From: Lineus longissimus | Lineage: Eukaryota | Direction: 5' to 3' | Length of the DNA: 64,000 bases | NCBI RefSeq assembly: GCF_910592395.1 | Contig: NC_088308.1 | Span: 1,612,001-1,676,000 of the forward strand | Shown: piece after piece, positions 52,249 through 64,000 of the stretch | How positions within the stretch are numbered: the stretch's first letter is position 1 | How the letters are laid out: every line of letters starts with the position of its first letter | Position numbers and translations under genes: made by a program | Notes under the pieces: model-generated | The model's input: the letters and a program-made list of their open reading frames with translations, nothing else | Databases searched by the model: none | Told to the model about the DNA's origin: nothing

Positions 52249-55200
52249 CTACGTGTACTTAATGTAATTACTTGGTTGCAGATACTGGAGATCTCCCTCC
52301 TGTCCGAAGTTATCATACACCAAGACAGGGACCAATCTATCGTCATCAGGGTTGCCGGGGATACCGTTCATACCGTTCATGCCGTTACCAATGGGCGGGT
52401 GCGACTTCTGAGACAACTGCCGGTCCATCTGTCTTTGCTGAGGCTGGCTGGGGACTGGAGACGGCACGGTTGGGTTGCTCATATGTCCGCTGATTGACCC
52501 TTTCCTGTCCATCTCGGAGTAGTAGTCGTGGAGGCGTTTGGAGTTCTTGCGCTTTTTCTGCCGATTCTCAGACTGTTGGATGTTGTAGCCTTCGACGAGG
52601 AAGAGGACGGAGGTGAGGAGGATTAGGGCGACGCCTACCCATCCAACGATGTAGGACCACTGGAGGCTCCAGGAGCTGACGTTTTTCAGGGTCTGTAAGT
52701 AATTAAGGCAAACATTGACGATATTTAAAGAGAATTCGTTGTTCCATTAATTTGCTGATCGTGGATGTGGAAATAGAGGGATTGGGCAATCAAGATGTCT
52801 CAAGGACCAACCGACTGATTCACTGACAGCCTTGTTGTCCAAGTACATGTATAGTCAATGACATATCTTCGTGACCTGATCCCCAAGGTCAAACACCAAC
52901 GTGTACCAAAATCATATATCTTTTTTCATCCTGCCTGCCTTGGAACACTCCCTTGAGAACAACGCATGGATCGTGCAGAGTAAAAGCTAAAAAACTGTTT
53001 TCATGCGGTTTTCGCTTTGGTGCTTTGTTTCAGACGACGAAGTAAAGTAGAAATAGATTGATCAACGAGAACTTTTAGCTGAGCTAGAGCTTCATCCCAG
53101 CATCACCTACCGTCGGCCATGTCGAGTAGAAGCCCGCATCACTCAGCACGTCTTGCTCCAAGTAGTGCACACCATGGAAGCAACCAATTGAACCGCCACC
53201 AAACAGAGCTGAAAGAGCAGACGATAGGCGGTTAGCATATAACCTATTTTTGAATGAGCTGAGATATGGCCACTAGATTTCTATTCGAGAGCGTGAAGCG
53301 TTAACCAGTCGTATACGTATGCTATTTTCACCTCTCCATTGTCAGGCCTCCAATTCAAAGTCGTGGTGAAGTGAGATTCTCGTCCACATTTTTAATTCCA
53401 GGAACACACCGATCCCACCCGATGTCACAGTGCAAACGTCAATATGTCCCACCTGTTGTTTTCTACTTTCAATGATATATGTCTTTATTAAAGAATGTAC
53501 ATGTGCTGTGATATCATTATCGACATGGACTTATAAGAATATGAAAATCTATTTCTTTCATTCCCGGGCCATGTAAACAATCGTGCTCGGCCCATATGAA
53601 TGCGTCTTCTCCAAATTGAGAAATGTCCCCACGAATGAGTCTAAGGAGTGCAATCCGTGCGCATACCCATACCCCTGAGAGGACATCGATGCGTCTAGTT
53701 CTGTCAGTCTTCAGGGATGGAGGTGAAATATGCTGCTGCTGAGGATTGGTGTATCGGCTAAGAGCCGTCCTTTGCAGAGTGACACTTTTATGAAGACAAG
53801 CTCACCTCATAGATAGCACAATGGATAACACTACACTTCTAATTACATTCATATATAGAGAGATAGCGGACATGAAATTGACAGGCTATCCCATCAGCTA
53901 TATAGAGCATTCTGTCTGTGCCGTTCTGAAAGAACGTCTCCTAACCGAGGGTATATACAGTCATCATGTCACAACCATCCCTCTTCTTTAAAAAACCAAA
54001 GGACACAGACACATATGCAGCGCCTTGGATTAATTTTACTTACCTCCCAAAAGTGACATTGCCCCAGCAATATAATTGGGTGAAGGTGTGGCCTTCCAGC
54101 ACCCCCAGGTCCCTGCCACACAGCTCAGGAGTCCAAAGACCAAGGCCGCTATCATGAAGCCGAAACTGCATCTCCTAAGGTCTGAAAGTACAGCCAGAAA
54201 GGGTTTACTTAATTCTACGAAATCGTTTCGGCGAAATCGCCTTGTGCGTCAAGCCATCAAAGAAGTTTTGAGATTTTTACGGATTGGGAATGCTATTTTT
54301 GACTTAGCGGACGGAGGGGAGGGGAGATAAAAGGGCACGTGATGGCTTGTTACCACATTCGAACAACTATCCTTAAAAGGACGTCCTCGTGGCATCGGCA
54401 TTCGTATATTCGTTCTTGAATCAACCGGTCAAAGGTTGCGTTTGCATGACTGCAGTGAGGATTTATACTTACTGATCATGACCCAGTATTCCGAGGTTCC
54501 ACTATAGTTTGGTGCCATTTCCCCAAGCTCATAGTTGACAAGCAAACAGTAGTTGTCTGTGACACCTTGGGCAGTAGATAAAACTGGAACGAGGAAGATG
54601 ATGATGATATCATAAGTTGACAGTATCAGTACTTGCTGCCATTTGGGCGCACTTGTTAGAATGAAAAGCTCATCAAAACCAGGTGTAGAAGTTTGAAATG
54701 TCCCAGGTTTATAGAAAGTCCGGGGAACTACTGATATTGTTATGCGCTTTAATCCCTGAGCTATTGACGGTCATTGCCTCTTTAGAACCACATAATACCA
54801 TCGCATGAATATGATAGGGTCGGACACCTTTTCCAGAGGGGACATTTTCTACTTCTACCTCGGGTCTCGTGGATGTCTCGTGGATGTGTCGGGTTTTCAT
54901 AATTTTGGTCGAGCTGCTATTTCAACATCCTTTTATATCCGGCCCTCCATGTTAAACTTTTCAGCGGGATTGTAAATTTCAAGATTTAGGCCTAAAAGAC
55001 CGAAACTAGGAAAAAGGAATAAATTCACTGATCTGAAGATAAGATCAAGGAATTTCCCTTTGTAAAATAGCGATATGTGTACTTTAGGCTTGACATGTTT
55101 GTAAGAAAAGGCTAGAGCATTATTGAAATAGTATGTATTAGGCATTCTTTAGCAAAAACTTTGAGTAAACAAAATGCTAACACCAACGTATGTTGGCGCA

Positions 55201-55812
55201 AGGTGTTGCAACAGTAGCCTAGTTGGCATATGTACATCTGGTAAGTTTATATAAGGCCAGTTAGGCCTAGCCTGGGGTGGTGACTTAAAGGCGTAGTCAT
55301 TTTACTAAATCCAAACGATTTTTCTGAAGAAAATGCCGAAAAAGTTCATGATTTTGTTTTACGGGGAGGGGAGGGGGCACTGGGAATGGTGAGTTTTCGC
55401 AATCGTGCCGACACTTCCTCCAATCACTTTCCCTTCAGAACAGCACAGGACAAGAAAGATCAGGGTTTACTCCTACCCCACCATTCCCACCAAGCGAGGA
55501 GATGTTACTTATGATAGGGAGTGTAAACTACTGCTTTCACAACCACGTAAATAACGTGTCATGCTTACATTGGTATGTTTCATTTCCTGGGTAGCACGTC
55601 CGCCAAAGTCCGTAATATCTCGTGAAATATAGTTTTTGGGTGTTCAAGTTCGTAGCTATGTCCGAACTTGGGTTTGCTGTAGCGTATGTCTTCAAAGCTG
55701 TCCTATCGACGTTCCACATCGCCCAATAATCTGTACTGAAACTTAATCCGAAACATAGCACTGCCATAACTGTCAAAAGAACACCTATACCCAAAGTGAC
55801 TGAAGAAGCCAT
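52249..55812 (-). CDS. Claudin/PMP22-superfamily four-transmembrane protein, ~344 aa
   Basis: Exons 55812-55569, 54583-54473, 54181-54044, 53208-53111 and 52692-52249 total 1035 nt in frame. TM1 is followed by STDYW and the W...GLW..C...C extracellular-loop signature (YGLWRTC...YC). Three more hydrophobic segments follow, with WSYIVGW before TM4 and a long cytoplasmic tail. Confidence 0.88.
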
Positions 55813-58693
55813 TTTGATAAATAGTCAGAAATCAAGAAATTACGGACATAACACTCGAAACTGTCCGGACGGAACACTTTCCTCAACCTTACGAACGAAA
55901 CTGACACTCCAATCTTTGATGTTGCTTTTTCTTGATCCCCCTGAAGGAAACCATACACACGAAGCACCGATAATGTATGTCCTTACAATGTGTCTTGCGA
56001 TCGATTGTGCCCACTGTGAGAAACGCCCGGTGGCACATATTGCAAGGATTCAAAGAACATACAGGCGGACAAAAGACTATTTCATTAATTCTAACCTCAA
56101 CAATAGGCGCATGGGGGCATGAAGTCGACCTATTCTTGAATAATCTGTATTCAGGCGAAATGGATTATTATTAGGTAATAAGTTCAATTCAAATTGTTGA
56201 GACTAAATTTTTGAATTCAACTTTTGTGCGAACAAAATCAGATTGAACATGTCGTTTTGCTGGGCAATTAATGGTTACCATGGGAACGATTACAACAAGA
56301 TGAAGCCCGATATCTCAAAAATCTTTTTAACCGAGGAGAAGAAATCCCGATTAACAAACACTCGAAAAGAACCACACCCTCTTTCATGGTCGCAACCCCC
56401 TCGAATTTATAACCATCCGGTGCTGCCATCTGTTGCAACATTCTACACCTAAACGTCTTGAAGACCACATCATGTTATTTCTGTTTTTTTACTATACCCG
56501 TACCATTGAGGCATTTATCAAAATTAATTTGGGCCTCTCCCAAATTCCGGCCAGACTACTTATAAAGTAAAAACGATAGTTATAACATGTATAATATTAC
56601 AATGAGGGATGAAGGCAGTTGGAGTAGGCTCAACACCACCACAGTCAAAGTTGTTTGAGGCTGTATTATCTTGCGGAAATACTGCTGCGATATCGGGCTG
56701 TACATGGGATTGGCATTTCAAACACATAACTTGTATGTCTGTTGTCCTTTTCGTTCTTCTGTAGTTAGATTTTACAACAGTAATCTCCTACTTAGTGCAG
56801 ATGCAGCTACAATCCCGAGGCAGTGGATTTGGTTACAGGCATGACACTCAAATAGAGCAGAACCTCTCTATTAGCTCTCTATTGACAAATGCTGAGGTCA
56901 AATTGAATACAAACAAATCCTTTGAGAACAATATCAGTGTCTCAAATAGAGAGGGTATCCTGCAAGAGGTGTCAGCTATGGAGGTTCCAGGTCCTCCCTC
57001 CCCATATGATACTCCAATAAATACACAAAAACAGATTACAACTAATTGGTTTATTCTCTCTTCTCAAAATCTAAAGATCAGTAACACGATATGGATTTCT
57101 ATAAACCTTGCACACATCAGACTTGACTGGACCAGCACTTTTGATGATACCAAATGTGTTGCGCACAGCACCAACAGACTTGCGACTTGGGCTTGGGACT
57201 TGGATACTAATGGGTCATATGCCAGGATCAGTTTACATGAGTCTCATAATACTCTGTCCACTGTTGGTGAACAACAATGTAAAGTCTATTACTACTGTCT
57301 ACAGATTACGAGAGCAACTATTACAATTATAAACTTGGATCCAAATTGAATCGATTGATATAACTGATAATTTAAGCCATTTCAGTCAATTTTTAACGCA
57401 GCTGTAACTCAACGCTTTAAACAGTTGACAAAGTCAAAAATTTCACAAACTATTTTTTCATCATACATCTTTGGAATTCATGATGTCATTGTGACCAGAT
57501 TTAACACCAACCACAATGACAAAAGGACATCCTCCTCCTATAAGTGAAGCCATGATTGCTAGGCCAATATCAACACACAGATTTTTTTTAAATCATCGCT
57601 GATAATCTGGGTGCTTAAACATGCATAGTGTCCCCACGGGGTGGCAGGAAAATCAAAATATTCTTGGTCATTTAGTTAGCAAATACTGAACACATTAAAT
57701 AACTACCACTTGTTTTGAATTGTTGAGGGCTCAGCCCAAGAAACAGGCCGAGTTGGGATCCAAACCACAATACAGATTACTTCCCTCCAAAATATACATA
57801 AAATGGTTGATGAAATACAACACCAACATGTATGAACATACAACAGTAAAGTGAATTGAATGAAAAATGAAAATGATAACCTGCTGATACAGCAGAAGTT
57901 AAGTAGCCTATTACTTCCCTTGGTGTGAATATAAAAGCTTATACTGAACATTGCAAAACATTTTTGCAGCACCGAAATCTGCTGTGTCACCTTGTTGCTC
58001 TGTGATTTTGGCACTGCTATTTAGTAATAAGCAATTTTACCAAAAGATGGCAGCATTGTTTATGCTTGACACCACCAGAGGGTGGTTTTTTCGTTTCAGA
58101 GAATTTCCTTTATCACACCAGGGAAATAACAAATTTGGGAACTTTCCCAGAGCCATTTTCTGGTTTTGATTCATGACGATATAAATACTTGATTTTTTCA
58201 CATGTTTAGAAAATGCCACAAAATAAATACCAGTTAGGTGCACCTCAAGCAAAATACATGTACAAATAAGATCATAATGGTGGTTATAGAATGGTTGCAC
58301 ACAGACTCGACTTGAGTTAAGCTCCTCATTGTTATTGATCCCACGAACCAGTCGAAAAGGAGGCTATTCTCAACACAAGAAATGACATGATCCTCCTGAT
58401 GTCTTACTATCAATCACAACTCAATGTCAGATGCATGGCGTAAAGACTTCAAAATGATGCAACAAGCATAATTACCCTGTGACAAGTTGGATGTGGAATA
58501 TGACTACTAGACGCTCTAGTCATTTCATACCTGCGTTCACAAAGGCGGACAAACCCCCATGTCAACTGATGACTAAATACACGCCAAAGGTAATCACCTC
58601 GGGAGTCGGGATGTTCCGCAACCTCAGTATTGTCCATTCTACTGCCAACCACTACCCATCAAACTGTCTTAGAAAGTTGCCACTTTCCTATCA

Positions 58694-61526
58694 TCATACT
58701 TGCTCGTTCAATTGACTGATCTCGATGAACACCTGATCCTTTTCACTATTCTTCACTATATAATCGCTAGCAGAACTGCTACAGGATACTGAGGAATTAT
58801 CCCCGGAGTTGATGCCACGGTAGTTATATTCCTTCCTGTATTTGGATAGGGCGGGACCCCATTCTGGAGCAGGTCGCACAGCCTTTCGGAGTCTCTGGAA
58901 ACAAATCACAAAGATTAACATTGACAAACCAGCGAGGAGTTGTGAAATTTTGTATTATAAAGCCTGGTCTTGCAGTCTTTTGTTCATAAAACCTGCATTA
59001 CAGGGCATTACCTGGTAATGCAAAAACTGTGAAAATAGAAGGGACAAAAATATTTCTGGTTGGATAGTAAACTCAGTTCTACCCGCACCCTCCAGAGATA
59101 AATTGAAAGTGAGAGCCAAAAATGGTATCGCTTGATATTATTTATCAAATTATTCACCTGAAGAAAGGATCCTTCTTTCTGCATCATTTCCTTGACCATC
59201 ACAATGGGTAGGGGAGTCAAGCTGATGATGGCCAGGAACCAACCAAAACCAATTGCCCACGTGGGGTACACGTAATCACCGTATGTGGGGACGCTGAATC
59301 CGATGGCCGAGTATAAGAAGGAGAACTGGAAGAGAACACAAGATGTGAACAGTTTTGTAAAATGTATCATTTTCCACAAAATAACAAGACAGCAAACTGT
59401 GCCATAAGATATTGTTCACTGCGGTTAAACCAAGCTAACCAGGTTACTGGAAGATTAATTTCTTCAACACAGTGAAAGATAGATTTTGAGACACACTGCC
59501 ACTAACCCCTTAAGGACAGTATAAAAAGCTCAAGTCAAGAGTTACACGTCAACTACGAATCTGAAAGAATATTAGCCCTGAAAAAGTCCTCACCAACATC
59601 AAGAAGGGTATGACCACACCCCAGAGCGGTTTGAAAGCCACCGTTGCATAGGTTTTATGGCCAATCATGATCTCAATGTCGTAGATGAGACGATCCATGC
59701 CTGGAAAGTAATGTTGAGAATGTCAAGTTTGATGCTCTTTCAATGTACAAATGTATGTACAAATGTATTTACAAATTCACCAGCCTGGCGACTGTTTTCT
59801 GCGTTATGATGCCATGAGTTCATGGGGGACAAGAATTGAAGTCATGTTGGAACACTAGGACAACTACAATACGGTTTGTTTAGTCTCACCACGTAACGTA
59901 TCGGAGAGTACATGTACATGTAATCCTGTACTACAATACGGTTTGTTTAGTCTCACCACGTAACGTATCGGAGAGTACATGTACATGTAATCCTGTACTA
60001 CAATACGGTTTGTTTAGTCTCACCACGTAACGTATCGGAGAGTACATGTACATGTAATCCTGTACTACAATACGGTTTGTTTAGTCTCACCACGTAACGT
60101 ATCGGAGAGTACATGTACATGTAATCCTGTACGTTAAGTAGGTATCACTATGCGCCGAACACCTACCGTAAAACCACGAGATAACCAGGGATTCTAATGC
60201 AGCAATGAGAACAAGAGCAAAAGCTGCACTGAACCAGTCCCAGATCTGGAAAAAGTACATCCCAGCCTGAAAGGAGAAAGACCATAGATTATATCTACAG
60301 GGTTTAATGACAGTGCCGCATGTCGCTACGTCGCTGCGTTGTCTGACAAAAAGATCTCTCATCTGCGGGTAAAACTGGTCATTGTTGGGTTTGATTTTGA
60401 TTATTAGTCGCAGGTAAACTGAACATGCATACCAGGACCTAAACTGCTATATTATAGAATCCAATTCCTGCTCAGGAGAAACAGTCAAAAATGATCGCCA
60501 TGGATATCGTCAGTGTTCTACTTACTCTCGTACAGAACATCAATCCCAGAGTGCCGTTGCAAATCACAAAGATGACCAACACCATAAGTTTCCGGAAGCG
60601 GCTCTTGCTGAAGTAGTCTGGGAATGAATCGATGATGCTACTGACTACTGCTTCACCCATCGCAAACTGGATTGAAAATGCAATAATGACAAAAACATGC
60701 AGAAGCCGAAGCGTACTGTGCTTGCAATCATACATTTTAGACAAATAGTGACACAGATAATGACAGATAATGAGTAGCCATCACATCTTATCTAGCTTTC
60801 AATATTAGTGACCCCCACTCTCAGCATGGCGCAAAATGAGGGCTTGGATTATACCCTCCCCCCATCAGCAACAATGGAAACATACTTGTGTGCCCCCCCC
60901 CCCCCCCTATCAATATCAATGTATACATGCCTGTGTGTCGAGTCCAATGGTGAGCAGCATCAGAAAGAAGAAGACTGACCACAACGCAGACAATGGTAGC
61001 TTCGTCAACGCCTCAGGATACGCAATGAAAGCAAGTCCTGGTCCTGGAAATGAATAACAACACGGGATAACATCGATGTGAGCCAAAGACAGGTGAAGCA
61101 GAAAATGACAACATTATTAGTCTAAGTGAGTTTCAACAGGAAATGAGTGGCCCGGAAAAACTTTTGAGGTCAAGCTTGTTAGGGTTACTCTAAGAAATTG
61201 ATCATACTGCGTGCGAGCGTATTCAGATAACTAAGTATTTAAGACCCAGACATACAAGTACATGTACAGATACTTAACGTACTGGTAAAAGTAGGTCACA
61301 TCAACTTCAACAGTTATGAACTAACCCATGTGAGGTAAAAGATTCAAAATCTCACATACACCATTCCATGTTTTGCCATCAGGATATCGCAACGTACTTA
61401 CCTGATGTCATGGCATCCTTCACTGGTACACCTGCCTCATGAGCCATCGCCCCAATCACAGAAAAGATGACAAAGCCAGCAAACAGGCTTGTGCCACAGT
61501 TAATCAGGGGTACAACGAGACCGTCC
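58694..61526 (-). CDS. SLC6 Na+/Cl- dependent neurotransmitter/amino-acid transporter, 3' half (TM7 to C-terminus); 5' exons lie beyond the window
   Basis: Exons 61526-61402, 61043-60931, 60666-60526, 60266-60167, 59700-59594, 59325-59158, 58894-58694. Motifs: [34 protein letters not shown]...[35 protein letters not shown]...[25 protein letters not shown]. Confidence 0.95.
59863..60132. repeat. Intronic minisatellite, 67-bp unit x4, near perfect
   Basis: ACTACAATACGGTTTGTTTAGTCTCACCACGTAACGTATCGGAGAGTACATGTACATGTAATCCTGT starts at 59863, 59930, 59997 and 60064. Confidence 0.97.
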
Positions 61527-64000
61527 CTGAAAGCAGATGAAAACTAAGTCAGTTTTGGAAAGGTGAGAGAAGGGAAAGGGTACTGTCCACTGCCTCATTT
61601 TACTCTAAGAACCTCAGGTTTAGGCCTTAATTCATTACTTTTTCTGATGAGCACATTATTTTGGTTTGTGAGAAGTGAAATCACAAGAGTGGGTGCTAAC
61701 CAATAGCTTTGTATCATATTCTCATCTTAAAGGAAACCCTGTCTGGGGTTAATGCCAGGTCTTCCTGTCTTTCCTCGAACCACTTCATCAGAAAACATGC
61801 AAACTGTATCACACATAAGTGCCAGCTCAGCATTATCTTGAGAAACTCAAGCTCATTTGCAGATTATGATACGTTTTAGAAACACGTGGCAATCACATCA
61901 ATTCATTTTCAATGTGTCCTCCAACCCTGTGGTAACATTCAGGATTTCCGTTACCACGTCCATAAAAATACCCTGGCCACTTCCATGTTTTATAGTGTAT
62001 TCGCTATAGGTTTCCTCCATTAATTTGAGTGGGAGAAACATTTATGACTTTCTAATATTGTTGACAAACATTTTAAAATTCTTTGTGACTATCTTAGGAC
62101 TCATTTTTATCAGTCAAACTTGATGACTTCTCAATTTTGTGGAATCTGAGGCTTAAGGGAGAGAATGAGGCAGTGACAGTAAATGGGAACAGTTGCTAAC
62201 TGGTGGTCAATAGGTAAGTATAACCTGGCTGATACATAACACACGCCGCCTCAGAGGTACCAAGTACAGGACAGAGTTTTATAGACACACATCACATGTA
62301 AGTTGCCTCAGGCCAGTGTGAATCACAAACATGATTTTAACCTACAACGACATTCTTACCAGGTCAAACAAATATTCAATGCTTTGTAAAACAGACAATG
62401 TGATGAATGGTTGAGTGGGGATTTTCACAAAGCATTATGAGAATAATACGCGCCAGAGCTTATAACATAATACGCTCTGGAGCTATTATGTTATTATGTT
62501 ATTCTCATAATGCTGGAGTCCCACTGTTGACACCTGCTTGTGCAAACGTGTTGAGCACTAAAATCTGCATAAAAATTCTGTTGTACTTGGCCGATTTTTT
62601 TAGGCTAAATTGTTTTATGAATCATCCAGGAGACTTTCTTTCATCAGCAAAGACGATGCTAAGGTCTTGATATATCATGATTCAAAACTGGCAATGGGTC
62701 CTCCTTCAGAGCAGAACGAGATACATTATATACAGCCGCTCTGCCTTAGGGTTCAGATATCATGGCAACATCTGTTCATCTTCTGAAAGCCAACCTACAT
62801 GTACATGAATGAGGAAGTCGACATCTAGCTGCAACGGTTTCTATGGCAACGAGTGGTACTGGAGGTAGAATCTCAGTGTATCTGCATTTACAGCTGTCTG
62901 GATTAGAATCGCTGTTGTAAAGGGATGATTTGCCACTCAAGATAGAACGCAGAACATACTTACCTGATCCTGTAGCGATAGCCAAGACATTAACTATCTC
63001 GAACATTAAACAAAACAATGAGTTTCAAAGGATTGGTCAAAATTCAAAAGTTCAATTAGACTATTAAAGAAACTGCTGAAGGAATTTTCATATGAGGTGA
63101 TCAGAATAGATCAGATGTCTTTGTGGATCTCAACTGACTGGAAAGTTGAGGGAATGCATTTACAGATGCAGAAATCTAGGAATTTTGTGTCTGGAGAATG
63201 CATGCGCTACTCAAATTCTAACGAAGAAATTGAGATCTGAGCACATACACTTTTAAAAGCCATCTTTGTTTTTGCAGTTTAGTTTGCAAGCAGAGTTTGG
63301 CACACAATGTGCATCTTGCATTTAAAAGGGATCAGCCGCGAAAGGGTTTGATGTAGACATGTGCGGCCCTGTCTGCAGATGGCAATCTTTGCTAATAAAC
63401 TCCATGATGTCAATATTTGGTCCATCTCCTTCGTCAATCCAAAGGTTCCACGGCATAAGAACGATGACTGGCGCAAAAACTTGAACGTCATCTGTTGTAC
63501 ACCGCAGTAACTTCATGGTTTCCCTTTTACCTGTAGCAGTTGTGATGAAACTTGTTGTAACTAGCAAAAGTAATCATGCCTCCCCAGGCCGGTCCAAGAG
63601 AGTAGAAAATCTGGAGGCAGGCTTCCGCCCATATCTGCGAGGACGAAAAAGTTGTCACAAAGATGGCATACAGGCAACAGGTTGGTTAGGAGAAAACCCT
63701 GATACCATACCTTGTTAATCGTGAGTAGCTGAAAGAAGGGTTCTTGCTGTTATATCTAGCGTCAACGGAATAGAAACTACCCCCAAAAAGGACAAACTAC
63801 AATGATTTGAAAAAAATTGTTTTCGGTAAAATTTAAGTTTTGCGGTGTTATAGTTTTACTATCTGCCTCCATATGTCCTCCAAATCTAAAATCCTACCAC
63901 TTCAATCCCACACATAACACACGAATGCTTCAAGAACCAAATCAGTCAAATATTTTTACATTCCTTCAGGAAAGTCAGGAAAGTAGCAGAAAAAATCTTA

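Noticed and set aside
56795..57349. 184-aa ORF on the plus strand
   Set aside because: It has a non-ATG start and no recognisable motif, and it is antisense to the probable SLC6 3'UTR region.
63279..63718. ORFs as upstream SLC6 exons or as an RTE-like RT relic
   Set aside because: The expected TM6 motif (QIFFS...SYN) is absent, and the RT-like fragments are too weak and out of order.

Overview
This is intron-rich animal genomic DNA, probably from a marine invertebrate bilaterian (inference only; the species cannot be determined from the window). Six spliced protein-coding genes were reconstructed by hand with frame-consistent splice sites. They are the 3' part of an M14A metallocarboxypeptidase (+), a complete BMP3/GDF10-type ligand (-), an uncharacterised ~571-aa coiled-coil gene (-) head-to-head with CFAP299/C4orf22 (+), a claudin/PMP22-superfamily tetraspan gene (-), and the 3' half of an SLC6 transporter (-). 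Non-coding parts hold degraded LINE and SINE relics, minisatellites and a 1.6-kb repeat array with internal inversions. The most notable observations are: (1) two duplicated 109-nt mutually exclusive exons plus two in-frame microexons in the coiled-coil gene, which shares a putative RFX/forkhead promoter with CFAP299; (2) BMP3-CFAP299 linkage, as in the human genome; (3) Lys at the carboxypeptidase specificity position 255; (4) a GC-AG intron in the SLC6 gene; (5) a cluster of GGCGCC Smad-type motifs in the BMP3 intron.
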